Shown here in pieces: positions 29,236 through 38,873 of a stretch of DNA of 64,000 nt. The translations under genes were made by a program, and so were the position numbers. Numbering within the stretch: the first letter of the stretch is position 1; each line of letters starts with the position of its first letter. Origin of the DNA: Polyangiales bacterium (GTDB lineage: Bacteria > Myxococcota_A > Polyangia > Polyangiales > Ga0077539); contig JBGARZ010000003.1 of assembly GCA_044229975.1 (NCBI GenBank), forward strand, positions 352,001 to 416,000. The letters are read 5' to 3'. The notes under the pieces are model-generated. The model saw only the letters and a program-made list of their open reading frames with translations. It had not been told where the DNA came from and ran no database searches.

Positions 29236-30990
29236 CTTGGACACGAAATAGTAAAAGGACGGGGATTGACTATATCGCTGTACGGCCCTCTCTCCATGAA
29301 GTTCCACCGTGACAAGGGATCTCCACCTGGAAGGTCTTGGTCTCGGTTGCCAGGATTCACCCGATCCTGCACCGTCGAAATAAGCAGAGAGCTCCCCTGC
29401 CCGAGCAAACTCGCTGGTCCGAAAAACCAGCCCAGCAGTTGAGACTGCACGATGTGCTGATGCTCATGCTTGAGCAAGAGATAGGATGGATCCTCCCCCC
29501 GGATGAAGACCACGTTTCCGATCGTGTATGCCTGCTGGTTCCCGGAGGGAACGCCACTATTGTAGACATATATTGCGTAATCCGAGTATCCGCGACTCTC
29601 TTCCTCAGACCAGGGCTGAACGTCGACGTATGAATTCGGGCTATCACTATCGATCACGTGCCATACCAAATAAGCCCACAGGTTTGTGGGGCCCTCCCAG
29701 ATCGCATCCAAGTGACCTCCCCACATTTCACGCTCCTCACCAGCATGCAGACCCGTACGATCGACCGCGTTAACCGGGTCCCCCGCCACATATGCGTACA
29801 GATTCCGCCCATCGACCGCATCCCGCTCCCCCAGTGGATCCCTGGTGAGCCACTGCCGCAGCCGCGGCGAGTACACCCGTGCCGGCGCGAACACCAACCC
29901 CGTCGGCCGATGCACCACATGCCCGGTGAAGCCCATGTGCGTGTCGTACACCCCGAGCCCGCTGCCGGGCGCCGTCACCGTCTGCTCTCCCCACACCCCA
30001 TAGCGGTACGTCCGCACCCGATCGCCAGCGAGCGTCAGCCCCATCACGCTGCCGCGCACATCGCGCATCATCGCCAGGTGCTCGCCCCCCTGGTCGATCC
30101 CGTCCGCCCGGTAGACCCGCTCGATGGGCGTCTCCCCCGACTCCTCGATGCGCTCGCTCCGCAGCGTCCAGCCCCGCCACCGCAGCGTCACCGTCTGCGC
30201 GCCCTCCACCATCGACGTGAGCCGCCCGGTCGCGTCATAGCCGAAGGTCCAGCTCGCGCTGTCCGACACCCGCGTCACGCCCGTCAGCCGATCGCGCACG
30301 TCCCAAGCATAGGTGTACTCCCCGTCGCCCGTCACCCGACCGCGCGCGTCGTGCGTCAGCGTGTGCGTCGGTGACGCGCTCGGCCCCATCGCCCGCGTCA
30401 GCAGCCGGTCGCTCACCGAGAACGTCCGCCCCTCGATGACGTTCCACCCCCAGCCGCTTCCCCAGTCCTGATAGCGGTCGATGAGCGTCGTGTTGCCCCA
30501 CGCGTCGTAGTAGCTCCAGTTGCCGCTCTCCTGCACGTACGTTCCCGCGCCGTTGTTGACGTACTCCGAGTGAAACGACACCCGCCGCGCCGCGTTGTAG
30601 TAGGTGTACCGCCAGAGCACGTCGTCCCGCTCCGAGTTCACCCGTCCGTCGGCCGTGAACTCCAGCTCCGTCAGGCCCTGCCGCTGACTCGTCGTCGCGT
30701 TGAGCGTGCGCGCTCGCCACATCCGCAGGTCGTCTGACGTCGACTGGTAGAGGAAGTCCTGCACGCAGTTGGTGCGCGGCAGCGCCGCGAGCGACGGGCG
30801 GCGGGTCGTCGCCCCCGAACCGAAGGTGTAGCTGAGCACCGTCGCTGGGGGCGACGTCGCGTTGTTGACGAGGCCCGTCAGCCGGTCCGCCGAGTCGTAC
30901 TGGTAGGTCAGCGTCTCGCCGTCGTGCGTCACCGACGCGGCCCGACCGAGCACGTCGTGGGTAAACGACGCCGTGTCGGAGTCCGTCAGC
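29232..30990 (-). pseudogene. 5'-truncated (orphan) Rhs repeat protein with HExxH toxin tip
   Basis: YD repeats (YQYDSADRL, YAWDVRDRL, YDATGRL), core GFTGH...ARVYSP...WLTRDP...NLYAYVAGDPVNAVDRTG; in-frame stop just upstream (~31006), no N-terminal delivery domain. Confidence 0.85.
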
Positions 30991-31320
30991 GGTGGGCTCC
31001 TGCCCTACCGCCACCACCACACGGCTGTGCGCGATGTTGGGCAGCATCCAATGCTGCTCGCGCGCACCCGTCAATGGGAGAGCGTCATGTGCACCGTTGG
31101 GCGCAGCTCCGTTGACCCTTGAGGAGCAGGACCATGTGCTCAATGCCACAAAGGACAAAAGCACGACTGTGGCCAGCGACCCGAGCGACCGCACCATCAA
31201 CGACCTCCACCCCCTAAAGGGTCTGATGAGCGTCCCTTGTCCACCCATGACCCCGACGCCGTCAATAGCGTTCGGATGAGTTCGTCGTGACGAAGCACCT
31301 TTCGCAGAATGCCGGAATTC
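30991..31320 (-). pseudogene. Remnant of an earlier toxin C-terminus plus truncated lipoprotein immunity gene
   Basis: Lower GC; ORF end ...SDPLGGGGR* with TGATG overlap into GGAGG-preceded MVRSLGSLATVVLLSFVALSTWSC..., which meets the Rhs sequence out of frame near 30990. Confidence 0.5.
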
Positions 31321-31322
31321 CA

Positions 31323-31394
31323 CCCGTCGTCATTCCCATGACAGCGTCCACTGTCATTCCATTGACGATTACCGACAGGGTTCCGTCCGTCGTT
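31323..31394. repeat. Degenerate 24-bp direct repeats carrying GTCA-N6-TGAC palindromes, upstream of 31460
   Basis: GTCATTCC at 31329 and 31353; TTCC again at 31381; TGACAG-N6-CTGTCA between the first two copies. Confidence 0.5.
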
Positions 31395-31459
31395 TCTTCT
31401 TCCTTCCATCGCACGACTCCGGCATGGGTGTTCGCTCACCCTTCGAGGAGGTTTCACCG

Positions 31460-32122
31460 ATGCGTCTTCCGCCCACTGGTTCTTCGTATACCGTCGTGGC
31501 TCGCTACGGTCGCTATGTCACCCGCCGACTTCGCCGGGCGGGCCGCGCCGACCTCGCCGAGAGCGCCGAGCGCGCGACGATCGCCGTTCGCGACACGGGG
31601 CGCGCGTGGGAAGACGCCGACGACCCGATCCAGGCGGCGCTCGCCGACCGCGACGCGGCCGACGACGACCTCGACGACGCCACCAACGAGTTCCGCGCCG
31701 GCCTCGCCGGGCGCAGCAAGGACGCCGAGAAGGAGGCGCCGTACACCCTCATCTTCACCAAGGGCGTCGGGTACTTCACGGCCGCGCCCGTCGACGAAAA
31801 CGTCCAGCGCTACGACGAGCTCACGGCGCGCGTGGTCGACGCGCTCCCCGCCACCGACCCCGCGCGCAAGACCCTCGTGACGGCCCTCAACAAGGGCGTT
31901 CCGGCGCTGAAGGCCGCCGAAGAGGCGCTGGGCGCCGCGGAGACCGCGGAGGGCATCGCGGGCACGAAGGCCCGGTCGGCGATTCGGGCCTTCGAGCGGG
32001 TGATGGAGAAGACCTACGGCGCGCTGGTGAGCGAACTCGGGAAGGCGGCAGCCGAGCGGTTCTTCCCGAAGACCCGTGTGGTGAAGGAAAAGGCTGCGCC
32101 GGATCCGAAGCCCGTCGCTTAG
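31460..32122 (+). CDS. Hypothetical all-helical protein
   Basis: Strong RBS GAGGAGG at 31445; 220 aa, Ala/Asp/Glu-rich, high-GC3 codon usage. Confidence 0.8.
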   Translation: MRLPPTGSSYTVVARYGRYVTRRLRRAGRADLAESAERATIAVRDTGRAWEDADDPIQAALADRDAADDDLDDATNEFRAGLAGRSKDAEKEAPYTLIFTKGVGYFTAAPVDENVQRYDELTARVVDALPATDPARKTLVTALNKGVPALKAAEEALGAAETAEGIAGTKARSAIRAFERVMEKTYGALVSELGKAAAERFFPKTRVVKEKAAPDPKPVA

Positions 32123-32300
32123 CGGGTTCGAAGCGCCGCGCCGGGGGGGCGGAGCGGCGCTTCGAAAGGTCGAAAGACTGCGCCGGTGGGGAGAAGCGCG
32201 GTTTCGATGGCGCAAAAGGGAGCGCCGAGGCTCCGGGGCGGCGTTTCAAAAGATCGAAGACGCTCGACGGGGGCACGGCGCGGTCTTTCGACGCTCGATC
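32119..32300. repeat. Degenerate 42-bp tandem repeat; first unit includes a 13-bp perfect hairpin
   Basis: TTCGA/TTCAA at 32161, 32203, 32245, 32287; TTCGAAGCGCCGC...GCGGCGCTTCGAA at 32127-32166. Confidence 0.6.
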
Positions 32301-32303
32301 CAT

Positions 32304-32473
32304 CGCAGAACTTCGCGTGGTGGCAGCCCCCGGGGCCTACGCCGCGGCGTTAGCGCGGCGCGCAAACGATCACCTCTCCGGTCCTCGTCCGTCCGACCGG
32401 AGAGGTCGTGGTCGCGCGCCGCGCTAACGCCGCGGCGTAGGCCCCGGGGACTGCCACCACGCGAAGCTCTGCG
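32304..32473. repeat. 170-bp near-perfect inverted repeat (REP-doublet/MITE-like or structured RNA)
   Basis: 60-bp arms with 2 mismatches, plus inner 12-bp stem ACCTCTCCGGTC/GACCGGAGAGGT. Confidence 0.9.
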
Positions 32474-32667
32474 GTCACGGAGATCGGACGAGACCTCGTC
32501 CGGACGTCGGCGACTGCGGGCGTGGGCGGTCGCGTCCCGCCGGGTAAGGCCGCTCACCGCAGGCGTCGCCGTCGCTCCCGGAGTGGCGCGCCGCCCTCCC
32601 CATCCGGGCCCGATGGTACTAAGCCTGCGCCTGCGCCTCGCGACATCCCACCAGGAGCACAGAGCCC

Positions 32668-34074
32668 ATGCGTCGACCCGATTCCATCGTTGGCCTCACC
32701 CTCCACCTCGCCCGCCAGCGCTTCGGCGCCGCCGCCCTCCGCCGCGCCGCCCTCGCCGCTGGCGCCCTCACCCTCGGCGCCGCCACCTTCGTCGCGACCC
32801 GCCCCGCTGCACCCGTCGCGCGTGCCACCACCGCGCACGCTCGCCGCGCCCACCTCTGGACCGTCGGCCAGTGCGCCCGCTCTCAGCAGGTCTGCGTCGC
32901 CGACACCATGTGCGCCACCGGCGACCGCTGCGTCGACCCGCTGCACCTCGATGCGCGCCTGCAACAGCGCGTCGACACCCATGACGAGGCCCTTCACATC
33001 TATCCGCACGTCGTCCCCGATGGCGACGGCTACGGCGTCGCCTGGACCGCCATCAGCGACGAAGAGGCCGACATCTGGTTCGCGCGCCTCGACGCCGAGG
33101 GCAAGCGCCGCGGCCCCGCGGTGCAGCTCACGCGCGGCGGCTCGGTGCGCCTGCGCCCGCGCGTCGCCCGCGGCCCCGCCGGGTGGGCCGTCGGCTGGAT
33201 CGACGTGAGCGACGACGGCCTCTCCAGCTACCTCCTCCGCCTCGACACCGAAGGCCGCCCGCAAGGCACGCCCGCCCGCGTCGGCAGCGGCGACCTCAAC
33301 CTGCTCTCCGAGGTCGTCGCCAGCGGCGGTCAGTACGGCGTCGCGTACCTGTCGGCGAGCGCGTCCAACCAGATGAGCGTTCACCTCGCGCGCGTCGGCC
33401 AGGACGGTGCGGCCATCGGCGCGCCGCTCACCATCGCCGCCAACCAGCTCGTGCTCGGCACCGTCGGCCTCGCCGCCGCCAACGAGCGCTGGTTCGTCGG
33501 CTGGAACCACTTCGTCCCCCGCGACGAGCGCGCCGAGACCTTCGCCGCCGTCGTCAACGGCACCACCGTCGCGACGCCCGTCCGCCTCGACGCCCACGCG
33601 GGCCGCAACGGCAGCGTCGCGCTCGACTGGTCCAACGGTCAGGTCGGCGCCGTCTGGGAGGACACCTTCGAGGAGACGGACGACGACTCCTTCCGCAACG
33701 GCCTCGTCTTCGGCGGCCTCTCCAACGCCACCACTGCCATCCCCCGCAAGGCGGTCACCGATCGCCGCGGCATCGTCTTCCAGCCCACGCTGTCGGGCGC
33801 CGGGGCGCAGCACGGTCTCGTCTTCACCCGCCTCGACGACGACACGCCGACGGTGCAGTTCGGCCGGCTCAACCCGCAGGGCGCGGTGGTCGGCGCCCTC
33901 GGGCAGCTCAACAGTCGCACCTCCCTCGCCGCCCTCGGCGCGCTCGCGTTCAACGGCCGCAACTTCGCCGCCGCCTGGACGCAGATCGACCGCGACGGCG
34001 TGACCCTCCGCTTCGCCCGCCTCGACGCCAACGGCCGCCGCATCGGCGCCGAAGTGCCCATCTCGCCGCGCTGA
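32668..34074 (+). CDS. Secreted/membrane-anchored protein with repeated G-x-x-[YF]-[GA]-V-A-W units
   Basis: AGGAG RBS; N-terminal hydrophobic segment and short Cys motif; repeats like those in 1633..2853. Confidence 0.7.
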   Translation: MRRPDSIVGLTLHLARQRFGAAALRRAALAAGALTLGAATFVATRPAAPVARATTAHARRAHLWTVGQCARSQQVCVADTMCATGDRCVDPLHLDARLQQRVDTHDEALHIYPHVVPDGDGYGVAWTAISDEEADIWFARLDAEGKRRGPAVQLTRGGSVRLRPRVARGPAGWAVGWIDVSDDGLSSYLLRLDTEGRPQGTPARVGSGDLNLLSEVVASGGQYGVAYLSASASNQMSVHLARVGQDGAAIGAPLTIAANQLVLGTVGLAAANERWFVGWNHFVPRDERAETFAAVVNGTTVATPVRLDAHAGRNGSVALDWSNGQVGAVWEDTFEETDDDSFRNGLVFGGLSNATTAIPRKAVTDRRGIVFQPTLSGAGAQHGLVFTRLDDDTPTVQFGRLNPQGAVVGALGQLNSRTSLAALGALAFNGRNFAAAWTQIDRDGVTLRFARLDANGRRIGAEVPISPR

Positions 34075-34278
34075 CGGACTCTCCTTCACCGACCAGATAC
34101 AGGGGTTCAACCCACTGTGGGGCTGGGGTTCGCGCGTTGGCGCTCCCCCGCAATCCCTCTTCCCGTAGTAGCGTCCGCGCACGCCACCGGAGCCGACGGC
34201 CTGCCGCCGCCGCGCTCTCCGGTGCGCCGTTGTCTCCCACTCACCCAACGTCACCCCTCGCAGGAGCACACTCCTCCC

Positions 34279-37200
34279 ATGGCCCGTACAACGGTACCCC
34301 GCTCACCCTGGCGCTCGCTCGCGGTGCTCTGTCTCGCCGCACTCTCCGTCGGTGGAATGGACTGCGCGCAAGAGCGCTCCCCCATCGACCGAACCCGCGA
34401 AAACGCTCTGCCCAAGACGTTCTTCGTCGGCGCGAACTACACCGACCAGGGCGACGACCCGGAGTTCTACGCGAACAACTTCGTCGTCGACGGCAACGCC
34501 GACAACTCCATGATGCCCGTCGGAACCTACGACGACGTCGACCGCATCCGCTGGGAGATCCAGGAGGACTTCCTCCTCGCCCGCAAGGCGTACGAGTACA
34601 TCGAGGGCAGCGACGGACGCGCCCCGGATGTGCGCCGCACGCCCCACGGAATCATCGTCGCGGCGTACCGCATCGAGAGCCACTTCGACATCCGCCGCGG
34701 GTACAACCCCACCACCGGCGAAGAGCTCAACGTCGTCGAGGAGAACGTCTCCGACCGCCGCTGGCACGAGCGCGACAACATCCGCGTCGACTGGTCACGC
34801 AACCTGGTCAACAACCCCGACTGGTCGTGGGTCTGGTACGGCTCGGTCTTCGGTGAGCTGTCGTTTGCCCCCGTCGCGTGGACCGAGACCAACCCCGCCT
34901 CGCCCGACGCCAACAACTTCTGCGAGATGAACGCCGGCATGGTGCGCGGCCCCGACGGCTCCTGCGTCGCCGCCACCAACCCCCGCAATCACCCCGGCGG
35001 CTACCTCGACATCACCTCCAAGTGGCTGGTCAACCCGGAGAACTCCAACCTCTTCGAAGAGCCCATCCCGACCTGCCTCATCGCCAACTTCTTCGCCAAC
35101 GGGCCGGTCTACTCCTGCGCGCAGCAGGAGACCGTCATCCGCACGTCGTTCCGCCGCGTGGAGGACCACGACTTCGAGCCGCTCGAGCTCACCCGCGCCC
35201 CCTACGACCTCGTCGGCGGGCCGCGCGCCGAGCGCAACGGCTACGACCCCGGCTACGGCCTCGTCGACCGCAACTTCCACCGCTTCGCGATGATCCACAA
35301 CCTGTGGCAGCAGTCGCACCTCTCGCCCTCCGTCGCGTGTGACGCCAACACCGACGCCGACAACAACGGCACCGCCGACGCCTGCCAGTCGGCCAACAGC
35401 CGCGGCTCGCAGTGCGACGTCATCAACCACCGCTGCACCATCCCCTACCGCGATCGCACCGTTCGCCCGATCGCCTACTACACCAACACCATCATGCCGC
35501 CGGAGATGCAGGACCACGTCGTGATCCCCGGCCCCGATGGCAACGACACCTACCGCCTGCCCACGGCGGCCGAGGTCTCCAGCCGCTCGTACGTTCGCGG
35601 CGCCTCGGAGGACATCGTCGACTCCTGGAACCGCGCCATCATGGCCTCGGTCGCCAACGCCCGCGAGGTCGAGTGCCGCCGCACCGGCGGTGAGCGCGCG
35701 ACCTGCCACGCGCAGTTCTTCGACAACGCGGAAGAGCCGCAGGGCGACGGCGCCTGGCTCGCCGAGCGCCCGAAGGCCAGCAACGGCCCCGCCGTGGTCA
35801 TCTGCCACAACCCGGTGCGCGCCGACGACTCCACCGCGTGCCGCGAGGTCGGCTACTCCGCGCGCCTCGGCGACGTGCGCTTCAACCACCTCACGTACAT
35901 CCCGGGCCGCAACCGCGCGCCCTTCGGCGGCATCGCCCACTGGGGCTACGACCCCCTCACCGGCGAGGTCGTCTCCAACGGCGGAACCAACATGGGCCGC
36001 TCGGTGGAGTTCGCCGCCGCCCAGCAGCGCGACTACATCCTCCTCGCCCTCGGCGAGCTCGACGTCGCCGACTTCGTCAACGGCGCCGCCGCCCAGCGCT
36101 TCACCACGCAGGTGCGCAACCCCGCGAGCCAGCCGCGCACCCGCTTCAGCGACCGCGAGCTCGACGCCCGCGTCCGCGGCGTCAACGGCGCCAGCGCCGC
36201 CCGCGACCTCGGGCTCACCGTCGCCGCGCAGTCCACGGGCGCGCGTGGCCTCGCCCTGCACGACCAGCAGCTCCTCGACACGTCGTCGCCCGTCGGCGAC
36301 GTGAGCCGCACCGAGACCCGCGTCGAGACGGCCCAGGCCGCCCTGCGCAACACCTCCGTCGAGGCCGACATGGTCGACGAGGGCTGGCTCGCCAACCTCG
36401 GCTTCGATCCGCACTCGCGCCGCACGCAGTCGCTGCTCGACCAGACCTCGCCGCTCCGCCGCATGGACCCCGAGCGCGCCGAGGCCACCTGGAACACCCT
36501 GCTCCAGCGCCTCGAACACCGCGGCTTCTGCTTCCAGGACATGGGCGCGCCGCCGATGATCGGCAGCGTCGACCTCCAGGGCGTGGCCCGCTACTTCGCG
36601 CGCAAGTACGCGAGCAACACGCCCGCCGAGCGCTCGCGCCGCATCTACAACGACCTGCGCATCGAGGCCTACAAGGGCATCGCGCTGCACGAGGTCGGGC
36701 ACTCGCTCGGGCTCTACCACCTGCCCTCGTCGAGCTACGACTCGATGAACTACAACCCGCAGTACTGGCAGCTCCGCACCCGCAACGGCGCGGCCACCCA
36801 GACCTGCACGCCGGTGTGCACCTTCAACAGCTGCACCAACACCCGCAACGCCGACCAGAACAACGACAACTGCATGGGTCCGCGCTACCTCGACCCGGCC
36901 TCGGACGAGGAGCTCGGCCTCGCGGCGGGCAGCGAACCCCACGCGGGCATCGACTACTTCGGCAACACGTCGGTGATGGAATACCAGTGGGAGCGCTTCG
37001 ACGAGACCGTCGGCATCGGCTCCTACGACCACTACGCGATGGGCATCCTCTACGGTCGCGTGATCGAGACGATGGACTCGGACACCACCCGCGGCGGCAT
37101 CCCCGTCTCGGAGCAGGACCGCTTCTCCGCCCGCCTGCGCTCGCAGCTCTCGGACCTCGACCAGATCCAGTACTCCGACCCCGTGCTCGGTGAGACCGGC

Positions 37201-38832
37201 GTGCTGCCGATCCACTACACCGAGCTCGCGCGTCAGCTGAACATCTTCAGCCCGTCGCAGTGCCGCGACGCCACGCCCGAAGAGCGCGCCCGTTATGCGT
37301 GGCGCCTCGTCGACGGGAAGATCTGCCGCCTGCACCCGCGCGACCACGCCGCGATGGGCGACTTCGAGTCGGGCCCGACCTCGTCGACCTCGACCCGCGA
37401 CGCGCCCTCGTGGCGCACCGTCGAGACCGCGCGCACGGGCGGCAACCACCTCCGCTGGGGCTACCGCGTCGCCTGGGACATCGGCACCGGCTACCCCCAC
37501 ATCAACTACTTCGACCAGGGCGCCGACATCTACGAGGTGACCCAGTCGATGATCCGCAAGTACGAGCTGACCTACCCGTCGCTCTACTTCCGTCGCAACC
37601 AGCGCGAGTACTCGCAGTGGGGCATCCCCGCGTACCTCGCGCGCAACATCTTCCGCCGCCTGCGCGGCTACCACTGGAGCGTCGCGCGCGACTCGGCCTA
37701 CTACTCGTCGGCCTTCAGCGACGCGCTCTATCAGCGCATCTCACGCGACGACAACTGGCTCCGTCCGCTGCTCGTCTCGGGCACCGAGATCTTCGACTTC
37801 TTCGCGAAGGTCATCCTCCGCCCCGAGGCCGGCGTGTACGAGCCCATGGCCGATCAGCTCCGCGGGCGACGACCCATCTTCGACGCGGCGGAGGAGGGCA
37901 GCGACATGACGCCGCAGTTCGAGGTGGGCCTCGTCGACGGCCGCTTCATCGGCGAGGAGTACGACAACTCCACCGGCGGGTCGTGGGACTACCACTCGTA
38001 CCTGATCCACGCGGGCTCGTACCCGGAGAAGCCCCTCGCGGCCATCATGATGACCGACACGCGACCGACGTTCTCGTCGATCTCGCGCGGGCTGTACCTC
38101 GACGGGCGCGAGTTCCAGGTGAACTTCCGCACCGACATGCCGCAGGCGTTTGACCGACTGCTCGGCGGTGTTCTCGCCGAGGACTGGGACACCGTCGCGA
38201 TGCACGTCCCCACGGTGTCGGGCGGCGGAACCTCCGGGCTCCCCGCCCTCCAGCCCGCGGTGCTCCCGCTCTGGACGGTGGGCACCAACGTGCTGCCGCA
38301 GCAGCCCACGCGCCCCGCCGGATCGCAGCTCCTCTTCCCCAACATCGGGTACCGCCAGCAGCTCCCGATGGTGGTGTGGTCGATGCTGTTCTCGTCGCTC
38401 AACAGCAACCTCGACACCATCCACCGCACGCGCATCTGGTCGGAGGGCGGCCCCGAGCAGATCGACGTCGCCGAGGCCGAGCGCATCCGCTTCCGCAACC
38501 CGGAGTCGGGCATCACCTACGTCGCGCGCCGCTACGGCAACGACCAGGTCGACGGCGAGACCATCGACCGCGGCATCTCGTCGCGGATGATCGCCCACGC
38601 CAACGAGCTGCTCATCGACACCTACCAGGTGCGCGTCGACGCGACGCTCCAGCCCATCTACGCCGCCGACGGCTCGGTCGAGGTCGTCTACGACGCCCGC
38701 AACCAGCTCGTCCCGGCGCAGTCCGACCCGCGTCGGCAGACCACGGCGGTGACCCGCTTCCGCAACTACGTCGGCCTCATCGACTCCACCCGCTACGCCT
38801 CGCGGCTGCTCGGGTACGGAACCCTCCGCTGA
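34279..38832 (+). CDS. Large lipoprotein zinc metalloprotease (Met-zincin type)
   Basis: Signal peptide ending GGMDC; HEVGHSLGLYH (HExxHxxGxxH) and Met-turn-like TSVMEY; about 1517 aa. Confidence 0.85.
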   Translation: MARTTVPRSPWRSLAVLCLAALSVGGMDCAQERSPIDRTRENALPKTFFVGANYTDQGDDPEFYANNFVVDGNADNSMMPVGTYDDVDRIRWEIQEDFLLARKAYEYIEGSDGRAPDVRRTPHGIIVAAYRIESHFDIRRGYNPTTGEELNVVEENVSDRRWHERDNIRVDWSRNLVNNPDWSWVWYGSVFGELSFAPVAWTETNPASPDANNFCEMNAGMVRGPDGSCVAATNPRNHPGGYLDITSKWLVNPENSNLFEEPIPTCLIANFFANGPVYSCAQQETVIRTSFRRVEDHDFEPLELTRAPYDLVGGPRAERNGYDPGYGLVDRNFHRFAMIHNLWQQSHLSPSVACDANTDADNNGTADACQSANSRGSQCDVINHRCTIPYRDRTVRPIAYYTNTIMPPEMQDHVVIPGPDGNDTYRLPTAAEVSSRSYVRGASEDIVDSWNRAIMASVANAREVECRRTGGERATCHAQFFDNAEEPQGDGAWLAERPKASNGPAVVICHNPVRADDSTACREVGYSARLGDVRFNHLTYIPGRNRAPFGGIAHWGYDPLTGEVVSNGGTNMGRSVEFAAAQQRDYILLALGELDVADFVNGAAAQRFTTQVRNPASQPRTRFSDRELDARVRGVNGASAARDLGLTVAAQSTGARGLALHDQQLLDTSSPVGDVSRTETRVETAQAALRNTSVEADMVDEGWLANLGFDPHSRRTQSLLDQTSPLRRMDPERAEATWNTLLQRLEHRGFCFQDMGAPPMIGSVDLQGVARYFARKYASNTPAERSRRIYNDLRIEAYKGIALHEVGHSLGLYHLPSSSYDSMNYNPQYWQLRTRNGAATQTCTPVCTFNSCTNTRNADQNNDNCMGPRYLDPASDEELGLAAGSEPHAGIDYFGNTSVMEYQWERFDETVGIGSYDHYAMGILYGRVIETMDSDTTRGGIPVSEQDRFSARLRSQLSDLDQIQYSDPVLGETGVLPIHYTELARQLNIFSPSQCRDATPEERARYAWRLVDGKICRLHPRDHAAMGDFESGPTSSTSTRDAPSWRTVETARTGGNHLRWGYRVAWDIGTGYPHINYFDQGADIYEVTQSMIRKYELTYPSLYFRRNQREYSQWGIPAYLARNIFRRLRGYHWSVARDSAYYSSAFSDALYQRISRDDNWLRPLLVSGTEIFDFFAKVILRPEAGVYEPMADQLRGRRPIFDAAEEGSDMTPQFEVGLVDGRFIGEEYDNSTGGSWDYHSYLIHAGSYPEKPLAAIMMTDTRPTFSSISRGLYLDGREFQVNFRTDMPQAFDRLLGGVLAEDWDTVAMHVPTVSGGGTSGLPALQPAVLPLWTVGTNVLPQQPTRPAGSQLLFPNIGYRQQLPMVVWSMLFSSLNSNLDTIHRTRIWSEGGPEQIDVAEAERIRFRNPESGITYVARRYGNDQVDGETIDRGISSRMIAHANELLIDTYQVRVDATLQPIYAADGSVEVVYDARNQLVPAQSDPRRQTTAVTRFRNYVGLIDSTRYASRLLGYGTLR

Positions 38833-38873
38833 CCGCTGCCTCCGCATCGCCGCCGGGATAGACTCCGTCGGCG

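Noticed and set aside
32119..32300. 42-bp periodic repeat as a CRISPR array
   Set aside because: Units are degenerate along their whole length, with no constant repeat plus unique spacer, and no cas genes are present
32081..32427. -1 frameshift extending the 31460 protein into the 14-aa repeat frame
   Set aside because: Only an A_AAG tetramer, over 30 nt from the hairpin; the repeat looks equally periodic on both strands, so a DNA-level explanation is simpler
32304..32473. Hairpin as a retron msr-msd or an IS end
   Set aside because: No reverse transcriptase or transposase in the window and no clear target-site duplication
34795..37674. 959-aa minus-strand ORF, and similar long ORFs such as 5..1942, 3547..6036, 46634..48829 and 55518..57650
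   Set aside because: Shadow frames of real high-GC genes; Arg/Pro/Ala-rich or antisense translations with no motifs
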